In this document: in pieces, positions 1-8,182 of the stretch
How the letters are laid out: every line of letters starts with the position of its first letter
How positions within the stretch are numbered: position 1 is the first letter of the stretch
NCBI GenBank assembly: GCA_049969675.1
Contig: JBMFOP010000035.1
Location: 12,357 to 28,452 of the forward strand
Direction: 5' to 3'
DNA: 16,096 bases
From: Myxococcota bacterium
GTDB lineage: Bacteria > Myxococcota > SpSt-1050
Notes under the pieces: generated by a model
What the model saw: the letters and a program-made list of their open reading frames with translations, nothing else
Databases searched by the model: none
Told to the model about the DNA's origin: nothing
Program-made: the position numbers and the translations under genes

Positions 1-252
1 AATATTATCTCTGGACAAAAGATTAGTTGGCGCAAGCAAATTTTACAGATATCTTCAAATCATTAACTTTGCAAACGGTGAAGAAGAATAGGGCTGATAA
101 GGGAGCAAATGGATTTAGTTGTTGGGGGTAAATAGTTAACTGTTCAAAGCAGATTATTCTGGACAGCAGTGAATAAAGATTTAAAGGGATTAAAATCCAT
201 CTTGAATAATTTAATAAAGATTCTGAATGTTTGTTTTTATAACACCTTAAAG

Positions 253-297
253 CCTGATTGTTCTATTCAAGAGCCAGAAATCCAATAAAAAATTTTC
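253..297 (-). repeat. Possible degenerate third copy of the dispersed ~54-bp repeat
   Basis: Minus strand gaaaattttttattggatttctgg...aatcagg aligns to 6802-6844 (gaagattttttatggattctgg...aatctgg) with two 1-nt indels and the same end spacing. It lies just after the stop at 303. The sequence is AT-rich, so chance is possible. Confidence 0.35.
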
Positions 298-302
298 ATA
301 TA

Positions 303-596
303 TCACTTTGTCAATACAGATTTTATCTTTGACTCAAATGTAATATCTTTATCCCTTCTGTCATCAATCTTGATATGTGTGGAGATCCTCTCTATACCGA
401 GGGCGGCATATCTGTTGTGAATACTCTCAACCAGTGCAAATACATCTTTAAATTCTCCGATTATGCAGGTGCCCATAGGTGTCAACTGAAATTGGAGGCC
501 GGATCTCTTTATCTCTTCAAAAGATATTTTCACATATTTTGATAGTGAGACAGAATTGGTACCAAGCGGGACGATGGTTAATTCAAACATAGGCAT
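303..596 (-). CDS. MTH1187/YkoF-family thiamine-binding-fold protein
   Basis: 97 aa with family motifs 'ELTIVPLGT.S.SLSKYV', 'QLTPMGTCIIGE' and 'RIST.IKID.R.DK'. Minus-strand SD AGGAGG at 604-609. Confidence 0.9.
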   Translation of the reverse strand: MPMFELTIVPLGTNSVSLSKYVKISFEEIKRSGLQFQLTPMGTCIIGEFKDVFALVESIHNRYAALGIERISTHIKIDDRRDKDITFESKIKSVLTK

Positions 597-750
597 TATT
601 CTACCTCCTGAATAATATATCTAAATAGCACTTTTTTCTATCTTCGTAAATCCAACAAATGTGACTTTCTTCACTTCATAATGAAGAAAATTGATTATTG
701 AGATAAAATTAAAGACCTTTAATATGTAGTTTTGGAACCAATTTCATATG

Positions 751-3700
751 TTATTCAAGGTAGTTACATCCACAACCTCCATTGTCCTTTGCCTCTGTAG
801 TAACATTTGTTCCATCCTGAGATGTTGTTGCATCCGTTCCTGCATCATTGATCTGCTGGCCTATCGCCTTCCCCTTTAACCGAACAGTCAATGAACTATT
901 CTTATCATCATCAGATGTAATCATAAGGGTTGCAGATTTATTCCCAACGGTATTCGGAGCAAATCCAATGGTGATATGGCAATCAGTATCTACTTCAAGT
1001 AACCTCTGAGAACATTTATCCTCTACGATGCTGAACTCTTCTCCAGTCTGACTGAGTTTTACCTCTGTGATATTTACAGCAGAGATTCCTATACTTGAGA
1101 GTCCAACTGTTTTATTCTCTGCCTTTGTATTTATTAGCACCTCATAAAAGTCTAATTCACTGGCATTGTCGCTGAGTGATAATCTCAATGTTCTTTTTGC
1201 CACTGTGGTAAATTTGAATTTGTATAAATTCTCCAACATATTCCCGGCTCTGTCGGATACATTCATAACATTTACGACATACTCTGTGGCCGGTTTTAAC
1301 TCAGAGAGTGGTCTGATAAATACTCGCCTGCTTACAGGGTCATATCTTACATCCGCAGATATGATTTCTGTACCACTCTCCATTATGTAGAAGTTGTATG
1401 TCCCGATTGTATTGGTGCTCAGCTCCTCATCAAAGAGGACCCATATCTCCGGGAGATATGTATTGTCTGGATTTGGCTGCGTATTAAATCTGATGTTTTC
1501 GGCATTATCTTCTGGATAGGTCTTAACTATTGATGGGGGAGTAACATCTGTCCCTTTTATCTCAATTGATACAGTTGCCGGACTGCTCTCAACTCCACTA
1601 ACAACCGCTGTATAGGTAAAGATATCGCTTCCAGTATTATCCGGGGCAGTATAGACTACATCCAGAAGGTTCGGCTTTATTGAACCAAATTTTGGGTATG
1701 TAAGAATCTTGAATGTGGGCTTCTTGCCAGTCACCTCTCTCCCAGAAAGTGAGATAGTCGTTGATGTCCCAATATTTACAGTAACTCTCTTATTATCTGC
1801 TGAGAGCCCATTTATTTTACTTGCAACAATATTTGTAGGTGTAACCTCTTTCGCAGATGGGAAGTGAACCTCTGCCTGATTGCTAATAACAGTCCCGCTT
1901 ACAAGATTGCTCTTCGGCTTTACACTATAAGATACACTCCCTTTCTGACCTGTCGGGAGTTCTCCAATCTGCCATTTTAGAAGTCTTGATGCAGGTGAAA
2001 AAGTTCCATTGTCATTGATTTTCAAAGTGGTCTCGTCCAGATTCTCATCAAGTTCATTTAAGATAAATACATCAAATGCTGTTCCGGTTCCGGTATTCTC
2101 ATATTCAATCGTATAGGTAAGAATCTCATCTGGAAGTATGTCACCATCAGGAGATACATAGATAGCATTTGGGTCGTGAGCCTCTACAATCTCAAAGTCA
2201 TCCAATCTACATACCCCCACCTCATTCGTAGGGGCAATAAATGAGGGTTTCTTACAGAGGTCGTCATCCTTCTCCACACACTCTCCATTTACACATTTTG
2301 TATTTCCAGTGCAATATGTCCTGTAAGATGCAATGGCATAAGTACCTGTTGTCTTATTGCAGATGGTTGTAAAGACTGTATCAGCACCATAGAAGTAATA
2401 ACCAAGGATACTCCAGTTACACTCCTTCTTGTCCTCTGTGCATATATGCTGATTTGGATTCTCAAGACACTCTTTGAGACATTGAGCAACATCAACCGCA
2501 TAACTGACCCCCGGAACATCTTTATATGCATTGAGACAGTTAATACAATCTGCCGTCTCTTTACCCTTTGACTTTGCACAGGAGGCACAGTTTAAGGCAC
2601 TGGATGCCATATTATAGGACTTACTCGCTGCCTCTCCAATCCATCCGGGGACTTTATTTATTGTACAGTTGACCTGACATCTTGCCTCGGTAAGACTATG
2701 ACTCTCAGTCCATTTTCCAAAGGATGTAAATGAGTCGTCAGAAGAATTGGTTGTATATCCACCTTTTGTATTGAACTTTGTATATACAGAGCCCTGCATC
2801 TGTTCTGCAAAAACGGGTAGATTATCAATCTTCTTTATCATAAGTGGAGTATAATCTTTTGGGTCCATCAGATAGAGTATTGTAATAGTTCTGTTCTGTG
2901 AAAGTATTAACTTTTGACCCACTTTATTCCAGAGATAACCGAGATTGATTGAATAGTCCAATAACTCCTTTACATCGCTGTTGCCTGATAAAAATTTATT
3001 TATATCATTTTCATCCATATCTGACCTGACCAATATCTCTCTCTCCTCGTAATTGTAATATTTCTCTGGATCATAGTTTGAAAAAATATTATCCCCAATT
3101 AGATTTGCTACAATCTTTCCTTTCACATCTGGCATACCCCACGGGATTAGCATCTTGACAAATTGAGCCCCTTTTGTGCCATCTCTAAGGTCATTCAACC
3201 TCCAGAAGACCTGAGGGCTCCCATCTCTATCTTTGTATATACCTCCATTTGAGGCATTTAAAAATATCAGATCCGAGGGTACATCCAGAACTATAGCAGC
3301 ATTTGTAATATCCTCACCTTTAAAATTCTGGTATCTCACCACGATTGTTGCATCCTGCCCCGGATTCATAAAATATGGCACAAAGACATCAAGGGTCGCC
3401 TTCCCTGCGGGTCTAATCCCATTTGATAAATCATAATATGCAAGCAACTCCCCGCCACCTACAGTGTCCGGCTCAACCCAGATTATATCCACTTTATCTT
3501 TGTCGTGCATATTATTATAGTAACTTCTAAGATTTGCACTTCTCGCCCCAACTGTCTCAGAGACGGCATAGGTTTTTGAAAAGCCGTCCTCTGATTTTCT
3601 TACATAGACACCAACGGTTTTTTGAAGAGAATTATCCAGAATATCATATGCTATATATATTGCATCGTTCTGATATATTCCAGCTGAGATATTCTGAACA

Positions 3701-4635
3701 TTCTCATCAGGTGGTGTTATTGCCCTTCCAATGGAGAGCTCTTTATTCCCTGGATTATATGTCTTATAGAATACTCTTCTATTTGAAGTCAGCGGGTCAA
3801 TCTGTGCAAAGAAGATATGTAGTATCCCGCCTGAATCAATTACAAAGTCTCCGCCGGCCCCATAGGTATTCCCGTCATTCAGGATAACAGGGCCAGACCA
3901 TAGGCTCTGAGAGTAGTGTAAAAGTATTGAATATGAATCTGCATCACCGCTCTTCCCTTTACCACCCATTATAAATATTTCATCGTCTTTCCCTATCTGA
4001 ATATTTGCTGGACCGGCACCATTCCCATAGGAATTCTCCTGAGGGATTCTGGTGATATCCACTGGTTGAGAAAATGACCTTCCATCCTGCGAGAATGTGT
4101 AAAATATGTTAGAAGGTGGCACCTGCCACCCAAATTGTGCATGAAATGCGGAATGTATGCCATCCTTTGAATCAATGGCTAATGACGGCATAAAATCCCA
4201 GGTATCCCAACCACCATCCAGCAACTGCAATGCCGGGCTCCAGTTCTTCCCTTTATCAGAACTCATCGTAAAGAATGAGCCGACATTAAAAGATAATCCC
4301 ACCATAAGATTATCCTTTGAATCTACTGCCATAGAAGTGACACTGCTTGAATCCGGAAAATTCTCTATTCTAACAGCATCTTCCCATGTGGCTCCTCCAT
4401 CTATAGACCTCCTTACAAAGCAATACCAGTGTGTGGATTGATTGGTTGATATCCCGTATGCGACATATATATTGCCATTTGAATCCCTGACTATCTGGTT
4501 ACTATAGCCATTGACTATGAATCCTGTTGTATTCGGGTCTGAATCAATCACAGAATAGTTTACCTGAGCATAGGCTGGTGAGGATGAAAAAAATAGAATT
4601 AGCGTTAACAATAAAAGACTCAATAATTTGTTCAT
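751..4635 (-). CDS. Large secreted/surface protein: signal peptide, Asp-box (BNR) beta-propeller, DUF11-like Ig domains, Cys-rich insert, Ig-like/Big_5-like and choice-of-anchor-D-like domains, C-terminal GGCGC tail
   Basis: Signal peptide MNKLLSLLLLTLILFFSSSPAYA. Asp-boxes SIDGGATW, SSDKGKNW, SQDGRSF. DUF11-like segments 'PGQDATIVVRYQN' and 'PDEILTYTIEYENTGTG'. Big_5-like 'DVTPPSIVKTYP...VSDRAGN'. Final domain 'C.ITIGFAP...G.K.A.L.I.SDD....V.L.G'. Minus-strand SD GGAGG at 4642-4646. Confidence 0.85.
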   Translation of the reverse strand: MNKLLSLLLLTLILFFSSSPAYAQVNYSVIDSDPNTTGFIVNGYSNQIVRDSNGNIYVAYGISTNQSTHWYCFVRRSIDGGATWEDAVRIENFPDSSSVTSMAVDSKDNLMVGLSFNVGSFFTMSSDKGKNWSPALQLLDGGWDTWDFMPSLAIDSKDGIHSAFHAQFGWQVPPSNIFYTFSQDGRSFSQPVDITRIPQENSYGNGAGPANIQIGKDDEIFIMGGKGKSGDADSYSILLHYSQSLWSGPVILNDGNTYGAGGDFVIDSGGILHIFFAQIDPLTSNRRVFYKTYNPGNKELSIGRAITPPDENVQNISAGIYQNDAIYIAYDILDNSLQKTVGVYVRKSEDGFSKTYAVSETVGARSANLRSYYNNMHDKDKVDIIWVEPDTVGGGELLAYYDLSNGIRPAGKATLDVFVPYFMNPGQDATIVVRYQNFKGEDITNAAIVLDVPSDLIFLNASNGGIYKDRDGSPQVFWRLNDLRDGTKGAQFVKMLIPWGMPDVKGKIVANLIGDNIFSNYDPEKYYNYEEREILVRSDMDENDINKFLSGNSDVKELLDYSINLGYLWNKVGQKLILSQNRTITILYLMDPKDYTPLMIKKIDNLPVFAEQMQGSVYTKFNTKGGYTTNSSDDSFTSFGKWTESHSLTEARCQVNCTINKVPGWIGEAASKSYNMASSALNCASCAKSKGKETADCINCLNAYKDVPGVSYAVDVAQCLKECLENPNQHICTEDKKECNWSILGYYFYGADTVFTTICNKTTGTYAIASYRTYCTGNTKCVNGECVEKDDDLCKKPSFIAPTNEVGVCRLDDFEIVEAHDPNAIYVSPDGDILPDEILTYTIEYENTGTGTAFDVFILNELDENLDETTLKINDNGTFSPASRLLKWQIGELPTGQKGSVSYSVKPKSNLVSGTVISNQAEVHFPSAKEVTPTNIVASKINGLSADNKRVTVNIGTSTTISLSGREVTGKKPTFKILTYPKFGSIKPNLLDVVYTAPDNTGSDIFTYTAVVSGVESSPATVSIEIKGTDVTPPSIVKTYPEDNAENIRFNTQPNPDNTYLPEIWVLFDEELSTNTIGTYNFYIMESGTEIISADVRYDPVSRRVFIRPLSELKPATEYVVNVMNVSDRAGNMLENLYKFKFTTVAKRTLRLSLSDNASELDFYEVLINTKAENKTVGLSSIGISAVNITEVKLSQTGEEFSIVEDKCSQRLLEVDTDCHITIGFAPNTVGNKSATLMITSDDDKNSSLTVRLKGKAIGQQINDAGTDATTSQDGTNVTTEAKDNGGCGCNYLE

Positions 4636-4912
4636 AGCTGACCTCCAATAAGGTGTGTCGTATTGAATGGTAAGCTAATATTAGAATTCAGTCAAAGAAA
4701 TAAGTTGTGATAGATTGCACCAAATAGCCTATTTTGATTAATATAGCAGGCCTGCCTCCAATTTTTTTAAAACATATTCAACATCTCTTAACAAATTCAT
4801 AAGAAGAACCATTTTCAAATATACTATCAATCATTTACTATTGTGGAGAAATGCAAATCAATTAGATACGGACAGATTGCTTTAAATTGTCATCTATCTG
4901 ATAATTTTGTTC

Positions 4913-4941
4913 TTGAATTGTGATAAATAATAATGTAACCT
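4913..4941 (+). promoter_or_regulatory. Putative sigma70 promoter of the small-ORF/SCP2/ADH unit
   Basis: TTGAAT (4913-4918), 17-nt spacer, TAACCT (4936-4941). ATG at 4952 has no SD upstream. Confidence 0.4.
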
Positions 4942-4951
4942 CCCCTCCACA

Positions 4952-5152
4952 ATGGCAAAGATTATAATTTATAAATCTGAGAGCAGAAACAAGGTTTTGG
5001 TGGTTGATAAGATTGAGAGGAGTGGTTTGAAGATTAAGCAGGTAATTAGTGAATTGAATTTCAAAGGACCTACCTTGTTTTTGAATAACGAGAAGACAGA
5101 GGATTTTGAGTATAGTCTAAAGGAAGAGGATTTATTATTTATATTTACTTAA
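4952..5152 (+). CDS. Small hypothetical protein, ThiS/MoaD (beta-grasp)-like but lacking the C-terminal GG
   Basis: 66 aa. The pattern 'LKIKQVISELNF....LFLNNE....EYSLKEEDLLFIF' resembles MoaD/ThiS 'V.VNG.....D..L..GD.V.IF'. It lies 27 nt upstream of the SCP2 gene. Confidence 0.5.
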   Translation: MAKIIIYKSESRNKVLVVDKIERSGLKIKQVISELNFKGPTLFLNNEKTEDFEYSLKEEDLLFIFT

Positions 5153-5179
5153 CCGAGTAATTAAAGAGGAGGTTTTTTT

Positions 5180-5599
5180 ATGTCAGTACCGTTTCCATCA
5201 GAAGAGTGGGTAGCAAAATACAGGGATGCAATCAACGCGAGCGCAGATTATAAGGTTGCAGCCAAAGATTGGACCTATGGTGTAATTGCACTCATCTGTA
5301 AAGCCAAGCCACCATTTTTAGAGAAGGATATCGGGATATGGCTTGACCTTGAGAAGGGTGTATGCAGGGAGGCAAAAATTGTAATACCAGAGGAGGCAGC
5401 AAAGGCGCCGTTCTGTATTACAGGCGAATATGATAGATGGAAGGCTGTAGTAAAGGGTGAGCTTGAGCCAGTCAAGGGGATGATGCAGGGGAAGCTCAAA
5501 CTAAAGGGGAACCTGCCAACAATAGTGAGATTTGTAAAGGCGGCTCAGGAGCTTGTAAAGGCGACAAATGTAATTGATACAAAGTTTCTGGATGAGTGA
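5180..5599 (+). CDS. SCP2 sterol/lipid-binding domain protein
   Basis: Motifs 'FPSEEW...Y..AIN....Y..AAKDW' and 'G.Y..WK....GELEPVKGMMQGKLKLKGNL'. SD GGAGG at 5168-5172. Confidence 0.9.
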   Translation: MSVPFPSEEWVAKYRDAINASADYKVAAKDWTYGVIALICKAKPPFLEKDIGIWLDLEKGVCREAKIVIPEEAAKAPFCITGEYDRWKAVVKGELEPVKGMMQGKLKLKGNLPTIVRFVKAAQELVKATNVIDTKFLDE

Positions 5600-5606
5600 G
5601 GAAGAG

Positions 5607-6767
5607 ATGAGTTATACAGAGGAACTTAACTTTATTCACTTTACCCCAACAAAGATTCTATATGGAATCGGGATAGTAAAGGATATAGCCGTTGAGTTAG
5701 ATGCACTCGGTTGCAAGAGGGCACTTCTGGTCACAGATAGGGATTTGAGTCAGCATACAGAGATTGTGAAGATGGTAAAGGGTTATCTGGGCAAAAATTG
5801 TGCTGGCGTTTATGATGAGGCGGTTCCAGACAGCGGATTACACATTATAGATAAAGGGGCAGAGTTTGGGAGGTCTGTAGGTGCCGATGCAGTAGTCAGC
5901 CTCGGCGGTGGTTCAGCCATTGATACTGCAAAGGGGATAGCAATCCTCTTAAAAGAGGGCGGGAGTATCTCAAATTATGAAGGTTTTCAGATGCTCAGCA
6001 GGAGGCAGACTCCTCATATCGCAATTCCTACCACCTGTGGAACCGGCTCTGAGGTTACATATGTTGCTGTAATAAAAGATTGGGAGAACAATAGAAAATT
6101 GCTCTTCGGTGATTACAACATTATTCCAGATGTAGCCATTCTGGACCCAACTCTCTTAAAGAGTCTTCCCTCAAAGCTGGTTGCGGCAACTGGAATGGAT
6201 GCCCTCACGCACGCAATTGAGGCAATTACATCTCCGCAGAGACAACCGATCGCAGATGCGCTTGGTCTTCACGCAATAAGGCTTATCAAAAATAATATTG
6301 TGGAGGCATCAAAGAGTGAGAGTGTCCGGAAAAGAGGAATTATGCTACTCGCATCAAATATGGCCGGGATTGCATTCTCAAATGCACAGGTTGGGCTTGC
6401 ACACGCTATTGCTCATACAATCGGTGCAAGATACAAAATTCATCACGGACTCGCAAATTCCATAGTCCTGCCTTATGTTATGAGATTTAACAATGAGGTG
6501 GTATTTAAAGAGCAGGCGATGATAGCCGGGGCACTTGGGATTAGAGAGAATCTGAGCGATACAGAGCTCGGGCTCAGGGCGGCAGATGCGGTCTTTGAAC
6601 TTGCAAAGGGCTGTGGACTTCCAACCAGGTTACGAGATGTAAATGTGCCCGAGAGTGAACTCACAGAGTGCGCTGAGATAGCACTCACCGACGGGGCAAT
6701 AGTATATAATGGTAGAGCCATTACAGACCCAAATGAGATACTCTCTGTCCTGAAAGCGGCATATTAG
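5607..6767 (+). CDS. Iron-containing (group III) alcohol dehydrogenase
   Basis: Motifs GGGSAIDTAK, IPTTCGTGSEVT, GMDALTHAIE, GLAHAIAH, HHGLAN. Start moved from 5574 to ATG 5607, after the SCP2 stop, with GAGG at 5598-5601. Confidence 0.95.
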   Translation: MSYTEELNFIHFTPTKILYGIGIVKDIAVELDALGCKRALLVTDRDLSQHTEIVKMVKGYLGKNCAGVYDEAVPDSGLHIIDKGAEFGRSVGADAVVSLGGGSAIDTAKGIAILLKEGGSISNYEGFQMLSRRQTPHIAIPTTCGTGSEVTYVAVIKDWENNRKLLFGDYNIIPDVAILDPTLLKSLPSKLVAATGMDALTHAIEAITSPQRQPIADALGLHAIRLIKNNIVEASKSESVRKRGIMLLASNMAGIAFSNAQVGLAHAIAHTIGARYKIHHGLANSIVLPYVMRFNNEVVFKEQAMIAGALGIRENLSDTELGLRAADAVFELAKGCGLPTRLRDVNVPESELTECAEIALTDGAIVYNGRAITDPNEILSVLKAAY

Positions 6768-6790
6768 ATTCTGCTGTCGTAACATCTCAG

Positions 6791-6844
6791 CAAAATGCAA
6801 AGAAGATTTTTTATGGATTCTGGTTTTGGCTATGCCGAATCTGG
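6791..6844 (+). repeat. Dispersed ~54-bp repeat, copy A (REP/MITE-like)
   Basis: 40/54 ungapped identity by hand alignment to the reverse complement of 16041-16094. Shared blocks: caaaatg, agaagat, gttttggYtatgccgaat. Confidence 0.7.
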
Positions 6845-6895
6845 ACATTGAATCTGGCAGGGTTCCCCTGAATACAGAAAGAGATTAATCCATAT

Positions 6896-6924
6896 TTGCT
6901 TAAAAGACTGAATCATAGTATATT
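6896..6924 (+). promoter_or_regulatory. Putative sigma70 promoter of the CAP-rluA-ALDH unit
   Basis: TTGCTT (6896-6901), 17-nt spacer, TATATT (6919-6924). Confidence 0.5.
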
Positions 6925-6960
6925 AAATGTACATTACCTCTCTCCTCAATGGAGCGATAT

Positions 6961-8181
6961 ATGGTTAATGTAAGATTTTTCATTATAATATTACTTCTAA
7001 TCCCCTCTTCAATTATATCGGAGGAGAAATTGCAATTTACAAATACATATAATCCGAGGGTGTTCTCATATACATTAAAAAAAGAAGAGTCAAATCTCTT
7101 TTCACTCTTTATTAACTCGTCTCAAGGTGAATATAAAGAGATGTTTGAGATTGATGCCAGGCTCTGCGCAGCGGCGAGATACAATTCAAATATCTATGCT
7201 AAAAAAGGGAATATCCCAAAGCGAATTGAGACAACGGCCTTAAGACCTCTCTTATGGTCGTATGGGATATATGACTTTCAATTTCTACCCACGGCATTTG
7301 CATACTGGACAGAGGAATCCTTGAAGGACTCATTGAAGAGTTATCTGCATATCATATCCAGAAGGGGATTTTTTAATTGCGGAATAGGGATTTCAGAATT
7401 CAAGGAGGAGAAAAAGATAGCCACCATAATATGTACCAAAAGAGTCGTTGAGGCATTTGATATCCCGAAGATTATGACAGTGGGTTCTTATCTCAATCTA
7501 AATTTTACGATAAGAACCGGTTATAAAGACCCTATTTTATATTATTCTCCACCATCGGGGGATGTCACCAGGAAGAGACCTGCAATAAGTGAAAAGGGTG
7601 AATACTTTGATTCATACCCTCTTGATGGTGGTGAAGGGAAATACCTTGTGCAGATAATGGTTAGAGGAGAGAATGGAGTTGAGCCGGCATTCCTGATACC
7701 GATATATACAGGTGTGCCTATAGGTGATATTAAGAGGGAACTTCAGACATATATTAACCTTGAGGATAATACCAAGAATGTCTCGCCAGAAGAGGCAAAG
7801 GAGATGCTCTATAAGGCAATAAATTATGAACGCAAAAAGATGCGGCGGGGTACTCTTATACTCAACCCTATACTCTCAAAGATAGCTCAGGAGAAGAGCA
7901 AGATGATGGCTGAGAAGCAGTTATTTGGACACGAAGTGACTGAGAAGAGGCTTGAAGATATGCTGAAGGCAAACAATATAAAATTTAGCAGTGTGGCTGA
8001 AAATATTGGTTTGAACAGTTCACCCCGAATGGCACACTTTTTATTTATGTCCTCTCCAGCCCACAGAGGGAACATATTGAATTCAATATACAATGAGGTA
8101 GGGATAGGTGTTTACAAAGCAGGAGATGAAGACCCGCAGTGGTTTATCACAGAGATATTTATTATGAGTTTGGAGTTTTAA
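6961..8181 (+). CDS. Secreted CAP (SCP/Ag5/PR-1) domain protein
   Basis: N-terminal hydrophobic signal. C-terminal CAP motifs 'INYER', 'LSKIAQ..S..MA....FGH', 'AENIG', 'MSSPAHRGNIL...Y.EVGIGV'. ATG 6961 is preferred because GGAG lies at 6951-6954; 6949 is the alternative start. Confidence 0.85.
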   Translation: MVNVRFFIIILLLIPSSIISEEKLQFTNTYNPRVFSYTLKKEESNLFSLFINSSQGEYKEMFEIDARLCAAARYNSNIYAKKGNIPKRIETTALRPLLWSYGIYDFQFLPTAFAYWTEESLKDSLKSYLHIISRRGFFNCGIGISEFKEEKKIATIICTKRVVEAFDIPKIMTVGSYLNLNFTIRTGYKDPILYYSPPSGDVTRKRPAISEKGEYFDSYPLDGGEGKYLVQIMVRGENGVEPAFLIPIYTGVPIGDIKRELQTYINLEDNTKNVSPEEAKEMLYKAINYERKKMRRGTLILNPILSKIAQEKSKMMAEKQLFGHEVTEKRLEDMLKANNIKFSSVAENIGLNSSPRMAHFLFMSSPAHRGNILNSIYNEVGIGVYKAGDEDPQWFITEIFIMSLEF

Positions 8182-8182
8182 T

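Noticed and set aside
1..250. Gene or ncRNA in the first 250 nt
   Set aside because: No ORF of 60 aa or more and no recognisable RNA motif; only a weak short direct repeat (attat(c)tctggaca near 4-17 and 153-165).
597..750. TPP riboswitch upstream of the thiamine-binding-fold gene
   Set aside because: No CUGAGA or other TPP core visible on the minus strand; the region is very AT-rich.
2209..2679. Multiheme cytochrome or Fe-S interpretation of the Cys-rich region
   Set aside because: CxxC motifs are followed by A or L (CASCA, CINCL), not H, and there is no CxxCxxC ferredoxin motif. An even Cys count in a secreted protein favours disulfides.
1166..4441. Short alternative ORFs inside the 1294-aa gene (1166-1390, 2289-2588, 3233-3436, 3534-3887, 3993-4175, 4157-4441)
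   Set aside because: Antisense or off-frame shadows of a well-supported gene, with no recognisable motifs.
4931..6954. Similar pyrimidine-rich 'aatgta...cctcYcYcc..aATGG' stretches before 4952 and 6949
   Set aside because: Short and low-complexity. The CTCC/GGAG hairpin at 6942-6954 is only 4 bp, and the minus-strand SD-like reading leads to no real ORF.
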